This document shows, piece by piece, positions 39,401 through 50,300 of a stretch of DNA of 64,000 nt (position 1 is the first letter of the stretch; every line of letters begins with the position of its first letter). This DNA comes from Klebsormidium nitens. Its lineage: Eukaryota > Plantae > Klebsormidiophyceae. The stretch spans positions 9,662 to 73,661 of the forward strand of contig DF237420.1 in assembly GCA_000708835.1 (NCBI GenBank), written 5' to 3'. The notes below the pieces were generated by a model that saw only the letters and a list, made by a program, of their open reading frames with translations, was not told the origin of the DNA and did no database searches. Position numbers and translations under genes: made by a program.

Positions 39401-42400
39401 GGTTTCCTTCTCCTCTCAAATTGTGCGTCTGCTGTCCTCAAGTCCCAGTCTGCCCTTTAAGCTGCCTTCTTTGCGGATTTTGTCGCCTTTGGCATCTCGT
39501 TTCTCCGGCGTTTGAAGTGAGAGCTTGTTCTGATTTGGCGGATGGCCGCCTCAACTTCGGCCTCTGCTGATGATGCCATAGAGTGCGCGTATCTATTCTC
39601 GTGAAGTACCACTGCAATGCGTCGTCATTTCGGGGTAGCATTCTGCACGGAAGATTCCTGAGTTACGCATGGTGCTAGCAAACCGGCCGCATCAGAGGAC
39701 CTACAGATCAAAAATACCAGTGGGCCTCGAGCATCAACGCAAGCCAAAGACCCAAGAGCTGATGTGAGTGCCCTCAAAGTCCGCATTCGAATACAAGAGA
39801 CTCAGAACTTGCAAGGGTTTCATCTCCTGCCACGTGTTGAGATCGTGCAGGCTTCAGACGCTCATCTCGCGGCGGCTGAGCGCTCAGGAGGCGGGCGTGG
39901 TGTCGGTTACGATGTTCCAGGGGGGGTCGGCGCTCAACGTGCTGCCTTCCGAGGTCGTCTTAGGTGATGCATCCCCGGGCTTTTGCACGCGCGCACAGGG
40001 CGCCTTGGAGCCGAACCAGGGCGGAACCGGAGCTTCCGTTCCGGAAAAGTGGCGGACGAACCGGCGGAGCTAGGCCCCGGTCCCAGGCTGCTGGTTTCCA
40101 TTGAACATGAACCGGTTCATGAGAACCTGCTCCGAATTGCGGAAACCGGTTCGACGTGTTCACTGATAAGCGGGGTTGAACCGGGCCTAGCTCCGGTTCG
40201 TTCGTCACTTTTCCAGAGCGGAAGCTCAGGTTTGGTCCTTGTTCGGCTCTTGTTTAGAGGAAGGCGCCCTGGTTGCATATATCGGAGATTGCTGATTTCT
40301 TTCCAGCTTTCCAACGTCGTCCGCAATTTTCTTCGATCAGTTTGTCATGCCCTGTGAGACCCGGCCCTGACTGTCCTTCGTCACTGATTTGACCGGCCGA
40401 GAAAGCTTTCGCATGCATTCCATGTCGCTGCGGCCTTTCGCAACTGTAGTAAGCGGCGACAAAGATACTCGCAGGATCTGCTTTCTGGTCGCCCAACCTT
40501 GCCATGTGTCCCCGCACGGCGTCGTCAATCTGATTATTATCGAACCGTTCGGAGTTCTGAAAGGGACCTAACCATTAGAAGCACTAGTACGGCCGAAGTA
40601 CAGGAAAGCGAAGTGGGGAAGAATCTAAGGCCGCGGGAGAATCGGACTGATCCCGCCGTTACAAGATTGGTTCCAGATTCTGGAAACCAAGACGCTATCT
40701 CTTCTTGTTTGCTATGATCAATGCAAATTAGCCCACTAACTACGATATCCTTTTTGAGACGCTAGGAAAATCACCTGTGAGCATTCACGACGTACTTAGC
40801 TGATGAAGAGCTGTAGATTTCACTGAAAGCTCGAGCGAGATTGTTAGCGGAGACTCGTCCAATGGAGATGGGTCTGATAAAGCATGCCATCGTATGCGCT
40901 TGCAGGAGGCACGTGGCGCTCGCTCAGCGTGGAAGGAAACAAGAACCTCAAGGAGTGGATCCGTCAGATGATTCTGCAACAAGTGGGCACCTTTTCTTTT
41001 AAAACCCTTATTCTAGTCTGATAGCCTTCTTGCTTGTCGCGAATCCTGACATAGTCCAGCTATGTTGGAGGCGTTGGGCACAACCCAAGTGTTTCTCTAA
41101 CAATTGCTTATAAGCATTTTAGTTTCATAGGTACGTCTTTGTTTCTCCAATTGATTATGTTACAGAAGAATACTCCCATCCTTCATCCTCTTTCAACAGA
41201 CGCCTTCCCAGAACCAGAAGGTTAACGTTCTGTCCGCACCGATGCATGCTAAGTCGATTCAGCGCTCAGCAAAGCGCTCTCTTCAGACGAATCCAATTTG
41301 TTTTCCTTATTCAACAAATTCATTTACTGGTAAGCATCTCCCTAGGACCTGAACGTCCCCAGGCGTACTCCCCAATCAGATTCTCACACCGTCAAACTAG
41401 GCTGAGCACAAAACTGCTTTCTGCAGGCCACGGTGATGGGCGTTAACGCGACGATCGATTTCTTCGACGACAAGCACCCGACGTATCCCCCGACCGTCAA
41501 CGATCCCCGGGTGGCCAACTTTGCGCGGGGCGTCATTGAGAAGTGAGAGCGCCGACTACAGAATATTAGGCCGCTGTAATCGAACAAGATCAAAGCCCGA
41601 TGTTTTGGCGTTCTTTTTGATATAGTGATTTGTAAGCCGGCCAGTTAACGGTAAGCATTCTGGGGTTCTCTAAAACCCTAACCCAAACATCACCGCACCC
41701 GTACCCATCCTAACCCCCTAAATAATCGTACCCGTTCCCGTCACCCTTCACTGCCTATTACTGTTCGCTACCTCGATTTGAGTTCTTATTGTCCCTTAAT
41801 CCGAGCCTCGAATTCAGTAATTATTAGCCTCCTTGGCAGGCAAATTTTTCTGTGTGACACTACCCCATTGTCAATGTACGCTCATCTCTTCCTCTCTACA
41901 GAGTCCTCTCTTTCTCTCTACAGAGTCCTCGGTCCGGAAAACACCAAGGAGGGCTATCCGCAAATGGGTGCGGAAGACTTCGCCTTTTACACCGAGCGAA
42001 TCCCGGCGTGCTTCTTTCTTCTGGGAGTCAGGCATGAGGACACCGTGACACCGGGGCCGCTTCACACTCCCAGGGTGAGCGGTTCTGATCCCGACTGTTG
42101 TGAATTATACGGCGTTAACAATGGCGCGGATCGAAATCAGAAGTTGGCATCCGCCCATCACGTTTGGATGCAACTGTCAACCGAAAAGCGCTTGAAGCTT
42201 CAGCCTCAGTTTGGTACATGAAGGTACACTACATGCACTTTGTTGACTAGTACAACCTCTGTTCATTCCGTTCTGGAACGCATGACGGGTTAGAGCTCTC
42301 TTATCGCTTTTGAGGACCACAAAGGGTTGAGCTCTCGTGCATATTGGTGGGCAGTGCAAACCTAACGAATCGGCTTCGAATTTCACTACGTGCAGTTTTC

Positions 42401-42521
42401 TTTGGACGAAGCTGCTCTTCCCATTGGCGCGGCCATCCACGCCAATCTGGTTCTAGACTTCTTGAACGAGGGAAGCGGGGAAGATGGCAAGGAAACCGGG
42501 GCCGTGAAGGAAGAGCTGTAA
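36405..42521 (+). CDS. M20D amidohydrolase of the ILR1/IAR3/ILL (hormone-amino acid conjugate hydrolase) family, about 445 aa, 10 exons
   Basis: Exons 36405-36536, 37024-37089, 37426-37713, 38291-38462, 39060-39156, 39851-39963, 40906-40982, 41427-41542, 41924-42074, 42396-42521, 1338 nt in frame with one GC-AG intron. Motifs RELHQYPEL, VRADMDGL, MHGCGHDAH, FQPAEE, IFGLH, GGHGA.PH, YPPTVND, MGAEDFAFY, LHTP. N-terminal hydrophobic signal-like segment and C-terminal KEEL. Confidence 0.95.
39996..40271. mobile_element. Foldback/MITE-like element in amidohydrolase intron 6
   Basis: Ends CAGGGCGCCTT and AAGGCGCCCTG. The arms (GAGCCGAAC...GAGCTTCCG.TC.GGAAAAGTG..GACGAACCGG...AGCTAGGCCC) are reverse-complementary over about 85 nt. 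Confidence 0.75.
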
Positions 42522-44346
42522 ATTAACATAAAGATAACATCAAGTAGCTTGTGAAAACCACAACGTAGCTTTTGCTGCATAAATAGTTGGCCCAGAGTCT
42601 CCGCTACTAGTGTCAAACGTCGAGATCGTTGTGGAACAAAAAGCAGTACGCATGTGATTGGCTCTCTCGTAGGATTTGAAAGCGTCACCTAATCAATTAC
42701 AGAAGCGTCAGGCCCTTTTGTGGGTTGTTTTGACAGGTCTGTCCATTCGTACGTGGTTTATCTCTTGCATTTCCCGCAGACGTGCTGGCGCGAAGCAATA
42801 CTTGGAGGCAAATACACTCTCCAGGATCCATTTGCATTCAGCCCAAGCAAGCACTCCGACTTCAGGATTTTCAGCTCAGCTTGGCTCCTTCACTGCATGT
42901 TAGTGCAGTTTCGCTTCTTCTGTCGAGTTGCTTGTACAGCGGCGGCTCTCTGGCAGTGACACTCACATGCATAACCATGTTCACGTCAACCGCCTGCCGT
43001 GACATGGTTTATCGCGGGACTACGTCAAACGTTCCAGACCAACTCCGCACACGGCGCATGAGAGCCGGCTCGAACAAATTCACATACCGCCGCGAGGCAT
43101 TTGCGAGGGGCTCAAATGGGCTGGTAACTGAACGCACTTGCTGCAATCATAATACAATATTGCCGAAAACGCATTTGATCATTTGAGATATGAGATTGCA
43201 AGTCAGTCTCTGAGTCAGTGGCAGCTGGTGGCGCCCAGTATGCAGTGAGGGGCCCACCCGGCGCCATTTTAACCTTTGTATGGCCGATACAGCCGCGCAG
43301 TGACACAATCGCGAATCAAGCTGAGCACCAACGAAAGGGGCGGCTAGTCGACCTGCCCGGCCACATCATAAGGCCGTTGCCCGGGCCGCGGCCAAGCACA
43401 CTAACAAGTGTGTGACACTGACTGATATTAAGTACGAGTGACTCTATCAACGGCCGCCGTACAGTTGTCGGCATACTTTAATCGTACAACAATTCATGTC
43501 AAATCATTTCAATGCTACTGCATGGCTGTCGGACAGTGAGCTAGAGGCCCCGCCTGCAGTGATGAGTGACCGTCATGGGAACCAGACGGGACTCGTGACT
43601 TAAAATTACGCTTCCCAATGTTTATCAATGTTACACAGACGATGTGACATACAGTGATCGGACTGTTTGAGACAAAGTAGATAAGTATTATTTTTGAATG
43701 CCAATCTAAGCACATCGGGTCGTGCTTAGAGAATGATATCTTGTTCAACTGCCTGATCGAAAGCTTAGTGAGTTTGCGTCCTCCACTGACAAACGCTGGG
43801 CTGAATCACACTGACTACTTATTGACGGCCGTCGGCCTACGAGTTGATACGGTACGAGGAGGCTTGCAACTGGAGTTTCTTGCGCCATCTTGCCAAGCTG
43901 ATCAGGGTCCATTGTGTCTCTTTATATGTTCGGTTGTGGACTGCACCTTCAGTCTCCACTTACGAAATTAATAGATGAGCACCACTAAAATGGACTCGTC
44001 CCGTCATATCAGTGCTAGGTGTGCCCAAATGTTACACGACAACGGCTATACACTATACAACCCTTGACAATCTTTGCAGGCAAGTGCTTCTTGATTCAGA
44101 AATCCACTCTTTCTCAAACCGGGGTACTTTAGACCCAGAACGACCGACATCAGTCGCACTTTCCCTTTTCCTCCCGTCAATCAAGAGACACAACGCGTAG
44201 ACGGTAACTAAATCGATCAAACCCACGTTGGCCTCCCCCACTGTCTGTCGAAAACATCCCTCAACCAGATACGTATCAGATGAGCATGGATATAGAAGCT
44301 CTCTAACCCAGCACGCTTACCGAAAAACCCGCGCGAAGTTCAGTTC

Positions 44347-47300
44347 TCACAGAAGCGCCACCTCGCGGTTGAACACCCAGCTGAACTTGCCCACACGTGC
44401 GGGGGATCCTTTCTTCGCCCTGCCGAGCGTTCTTTCCGCGAGGCGACGGACGCGGTCGGGCAGTTTGCAGAGGTACTGCTGCGCGGCTTCGGCCTCGGGG
44501 CTCAAACCCCTTCGCTCGCGCACCTTCCAGTAGCGCACCAGATGCTCGACGATGTCGGCGTAGTTGAAGGAGGTGTAGACGCCGCACCGCTGGGCGACCT
44601 GGAAGGGTAAGGGAAACGGGTTACGGGTTAACCCCGCTGCCTGGCCATTCAAGGCTGTTAGAATGGGTTACAATTCGTTGAGCTTAACCTCTTTTGCTCG
44701 CGCACCTTCCAGTAGCGCACCAGATGCTCGACGATGTCAGCGTAGTCGAAGGAAGTGTAGACGCCGCACCGCTGGGCGACCTGAAGGTTATGGAACGGGT
44801 TAAGGTTCAACCCCGCTGCCTGAAACGGTGATAGGAATCCGTTACGATTCGCTCTGCTTGACCCGGCTGTTGGCGCACTCTTCTTCTAGCCCTACCGACG
44901 CTGAAATGTGGTGGAGACACCGCACCGCTGGAACAATAAGAGAACCGGGTTACGATTTGCTCAGCTTAATCCCGCTGCTTGGGCGAACTCGAGGGGTACT
45001 AGAATTGGGTTGAGACTGGCTCGGCTGAACCCCACGGTTCTTACGCTCTTCGTGTATCCCAGATGCTATCCAATGTCTGCTTACCGACACTTTGAACGGT
45101 GCACTCGAGAAGCGTCTCCTGACAGACCCACTTCGTCGAGGTCCGAAAACAAGGGACTCTTGCCGTGCTTTGCGTATCAGATCAGGACACGAACAGGTAA
45201 AACGGAGGGCAGAAACGAGAGCTTCGTAAGAGCCCCACTCCGCAGATGTCCTGAAAACTCGTGCAGCTCTCGCAGTTCTCATTGTCCACTGCGAGAACAC
45301 GCAAAACAGTACGTAGGCGGGAAATCTGCATCGTCTCAATAAAGCACATTTGTGCAAAGCCATGCGCAACAACGAGCTGCCAGAGACAGTCTTGGGAGCC
45401 GTGAGGCCTTACACGCTTCGAGCCGACGCCAGCACTACGGCCTCCGGACGCTTTACCGATTCTCCATCCTAGGAGATCTGCGCGTTGACGCCAGCAGAGC
45501 TTCTCAACAAAACGACTGTGCACTACGTCTTTACAAACCGCACCACCTCGGACTGTTCTTGATTTATTTTTGGGGGGTAGGTAATCCTTTTTTTTTCCGG
45601 TGGAGACGCGCGGACTCAAAGCGGGAGCATCATGCGGGAACAGTCCACGAACAGTCCACGAACAGCGTTGGACTCTCCCCGTCCTTACCGTCCAGCTTTC
45701 GGGGCACGGGTGACTCTGGGACTTAAAGGCGTGTGACTTAAAGCGTGTTACTTAAGATAGGTGCCCAGGAGACGGGTGGGGTTGGCAGGGTGGTTAGCCT
45801 GGGTTCGCGTGCGGAGCGCGTGCTATAGTTGTGTTAGGGGTTCAGTTTACGTGTCCGGGTAAAATGAATGTTAGGTCACATGCCAAGGTAAGGCGAGAGT
45901 TATCAGTATGCACGGGTGGGGTTAGGCAAAGGCTTATGGTGGTGCGGGTGCGGAGAGCGTAGAATTTTGGTTTAGCCCTTCATCTAGGTCAAGGGCTTCT
46001 AGTTCAGAGGGCTTATTGACGACCGAAGCGAGAAGTAGAAGATACTCATGAGCGCCCACCTCGGAGTAGTCCATGAACAGAGTCGGGCTCTCGCCGTCCT
46101 GCATCATGTGAGCAGGCATCACCATCTGCTTCTTCATCATGTCGGCGAAGGCCAGGATCGTGCCGTCCGGATCCAGGTCCATCAGTTTCGTGACGATACT
46201 GCAGACAGGTAGGGGATCTCTTTGTCGCATCTGTCAGGTCAATGATTTTCGTACTTGCAGCAGATTTGCCGACTGGGAAATAGCTCTCGACGTTCGTGGT
46301 GTGAGATTTCCGTTACGCCCTCCCGCTTGAAGAAAAAACTTCCGCCAGGTTGAAGTAACGTTGAACTACGTCGACCTCCTGCGAGGCAAGCTCGCGGACA
46401 GCTTGGTTAGGTTGAGACGGCATCGTAACCAGAAGCTTTTTTGATAGGCTGGAGTACCGCCGAACGGTTAGGAACCAGTCATTCCAATTGTAACAGTATG
46501 CAATGGCGTTGACTCGAACCCAAGGGTCTGCTTTACTGTGTCGGGAAAGAGCGACTTCTGACTTCTATCTGTCACATTCCTAAGAAGCTAGTCATGACTG
46601 CGGCAACCTTTACCTTAAGGGGAATAAGGAGAGTCGGTACTTCACCAGGCTACAGTAATCTGGCCTTCTTGTGAAAAAGGATAATCCTACTCTGGGATTC
46701 TCTAGGTCTTCCGACCTTCCCTCCTCAAGCCGTTAAACCTAGCTTTTTGGTGATCGAACAAGGAATAGCCAGAGTGACATCACTAGAAGAGAACCAATAG
46801 GCGTTATGCTTTTTGGGAAAACAACCCAAGGCTTGTTCGTGCTCCCTCCGGAACGTCTTCGAACAAAAATACACTGAAAGGAGATCGGAAGGTGAAGATA
46901 AGTACCTGCCATACGCTATCTCGTGCCGCTTCTCGTCGCCGGCGACCACGCCGCAGATCTTGGCCAGCCGATGGTCGCCAAGCTCCTGCGCGCGCGCAGC
47001 CATGACGCGGTGCGAGAGAAACGTCGCACGCTCCACGAAGGTTGCGTAGACGAAGCCCAAGTAGGGATTGTTCTCCGTCTTGGGGTCCTGGAAATAAAGG
47101 TGGAACGACGAAATTTGCAGAACTGATCGTAGAAGCAAGATTGAAAGCGTCACGAAGGCGTCCAAGTAATGCTTAGTCCCCGTCTTGAGGTGACTGCGAA
47201 TGGGTGCACAACTCTGATTGCAAGAGGGAGAATCGTATCCGTAACGGAAGTTCCTTAGGATCTTCTGTATGCGGACCTGTCGATCTGCATCGCGTGAAAA

Positions 47301-50300
47301 AAATCAACGGCATGTGTGTCTCTTGGGCCGAGGAGAGGGTTTCGTCGCCCCAATTTATGGCAGCGCCCCTAAGATCTCTCCTCAAGGTCTTTCTTGGGCA
47401 GCAAAGACTTTTCCCCTCCCGCAGAGATGACGAGGAGGTTACTGAAGGGCGAAGCCTCAAGAGCGCTTCAAGTCAAGCAAGATTCTCAGATCAACGGCTA
47501 CATCTCCGTTCCTGACGTCACTTGGATGGACGGCCACGCCATCATGCCGGTAGGTACCAAAGCCTGGGGCCGAACGTCATCTGGTACATACCTGCCTGAC
47601 CTGGGGCCGACTCGAGCCGCGCCGACGGAGCGCGAGTTCCTCAAAGGCTGCCAATCTAGTGATTGTTGGGAGGACTCGTCGTTGTATCGAAACACGAATC
47701 CAAGATTCAGGTGCAAAGCGGCTGCAAGTCAGGGCTCACCATTCCGGAGTTGACGAGGTACTGCGACGTCTTTTCAAGCGCGTGCATGTTGACTTGACCG
47801 CTCAGGTAAAGGTATTGGTGAAGCACTTTGCCGTGGCGGCTCTCTTCTCCGGTCCAGGCGCGGGTCCATCTGCAAACGGAACGCCATGGCCTATCAGCGG
47901 AAACAGAACGGAAGATGCTGTGACCGGAATTGGAGCGGCCGGCAGCCAACAAGGACGGTAACGGAACGGGAGAGAAACCGAGCGGAAGTCACCATAAGCG
48001 GAGATAGAGCGGAAGCCACAATTGACGGAAACAGCGCCGACGGAAAGAGAGCGGAAACTATTGTGAACAAGAAGAGAGCCGGAGCCACAAGAAAAGAAAG
48101 CGAAGACCATGAGCGGATTCAAGACGGAAGCCACGATGATTGGAAACAGAGCAGAGATACAGCGGGAAGGTCTGCAACGGAAGCAGAAGGAAGCCATCCA
48201 TATATACGAAGTGGAGGCCACTAGGGAACGGAAAGAGACCGGAACCGCCATGATTGAAACCACAGCGGAGACGCTAGTTTCATCGATAACGGAGCCGAAG
48301 CGGCATAATGGACAGAAGCAGAGCGAAGGGGCCATTGTGAACGGAAATGAAGTGAGAGTTGCTGTGAATGGAAGCAGCGCGGAAGCCACAGCGATTGGGA
48401 ACAGAGCGGAAAAGGCTGCGGACGGAAAATAGAGCGGAAGCCACCCTGTCGGAACGAATCCGGAAGCTACTAGGAAGGATGCAGAGCGGACGGGCGAGAT
48501 TTGGCAAGCTGGAATCGGTCCAGATAAGTTCCTGTATGGGGGCCTCGTCATCTGCCCGGTTTCATCCCCTTAGGCTAACGGCAGCTTGGCGTGCTAGATG
48601 TCAAAGATTTAAACAGTCCACAATCGTTGGTTTACAGGCAACATGTCTCTCCGAACGTCTGATTCTCATCATCTGAAGGTTTTCCTACAGCAGAAGTATG
48701 CAGAAACATGGAACGGGACAAAAGAAAAGGGTCAAAGTCGAGGCGGCTGTTCTTCAACCTCACCTGGCCCAGGGGGTCATATTCGCCCCGGTACTGACCC
48801 CCAAGCAAGCTAGCCTGCTGGCATCTAGGCATACTCGCATTCATATTCTCTCAACAAGAATTCTAACATCCTGAGAAACCACCAAAAGATCGACAACCTC
48901 GCAGCTGACACTCTCGGCACTCTCACCTGGCCCAGGGGGTCATATCCGCCCCTGAATCGTCCCGGGTGCCGTCGAGCGTGTTGAGCATGATGGAGGAATT
49001 AGGGAGGCCTTCTTCGGACACCGTGTTCCCCGCCAGGCACACCCAAAAGTCGTCCGGAAGTTCTGCGGACCGCGTGCGTAGGTCCGTCACTTGCTGGACG
49101 AAGTCCTCCGCCGAGGAGCTCGGAAGCAGGTCCTGCCATAGGAGATGAGTGGTGAGCATCAGAAGCGATGAGGAACAATGATTCACGAAACGTGTTTCAA
49201 GGATGATCAACAAAGTCCTCAGCTGACGAGATTGGAAGAAGACCCTGGCGTAAGGATGCAGATGAGCAACGTTTTACTTAAGGTTTGCTATTGCGCATGA
49301 GGGCCCCTCGATTGCTAGACAAAGTCCTCCGCCGAGGAGCTCGGAAGCAGGTCCTGCATTAGGAGATGAGTGGTGAGCATCATAAGCGATGAGAAACAAT
49401 TGGATTAGAGGTTCACGGAACGTGTTTTGAAGGACCGTCAGGTGATCAACAAAGTCCTCTGCTGAGGAGCTTGACAATAGGTCCTGGCGTAAGGGAGGCA
49501 GAATGGAGTGAGATGAGCACCGGCTTCTTGAGGTTTGCGCACTGTGCGCGCAGGTTTGTCGTGTGCTGGACAAAGATCTCCACCGAAGGAGTTCGGAAGC
49601 AGGTCTTGCCATAAGAGATAAGTAGTGCGAATAAGGAGACGAGGACCGACGGCTTGTTCAAGGTCTACTTGAGTACTCGCTAAGATACTGGACGAAGTCG
49701 TCAATGGAGAACTTCAAAAGCTGGTTCTGCGGTCAGGAGATAAACGGATCTGGAGCCACAAAGACGAGCGTGTTAAAAGAAACGTGAACAAACCAAGCGT
49801 CATCAGGACAAGAAGGATTGAAAGGACGTGTCCAATTTTGGCATGACACGGATTGAATCGCCGCTGTCAGCCTTATTGGCAGCTGCTACTCGCTCCTAAG
49901 ACTCTATGCATAGTGAAACACGGACTTAGAGCACAGAGTCACGACGTGATTTTGAAGCGTCCCTTCAAAAGAGTTGAAATTAAGATAGTTTTTCTGGTTT
50001 CACCACTCCTTGCAGTCTGACGAAACTCTTTGTGCGTCGAGTCTGCCAAGAAAGCAAGGTAAAAGGGTCTACCAAGACGAGTTGTTCCAAAAATGAGATC
50101 CACTCTTGGACAAAGGTAGCAAGCTGACCCGATCCTCGAGAAGATCACAATAAGCCGAGATAATAATGAGTTAACCGCAATGAAGACGGGGTGGGGGTAG
50201 TTTGGTGGTTAGGGTGGGTATGGGTGCGGAGCATGCATGTTTCCGGGTTAGGGTTCCAGTGTTAATCGGAGCTTATATTTTCTTGGCTTATTATCAGCTT

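Noticed and set aside
43216-43420. Possible CAGTG...CACTG transposon
   Set aside because: Only about 8 bp of terminal similarity and no target-site duplication.
47802-48551. 249-aa minus-strand ORF
   Set aside because: It is the translation of an intronic minisatellite, is low-complexity, and overlaps the real desaturase exon in another frame.
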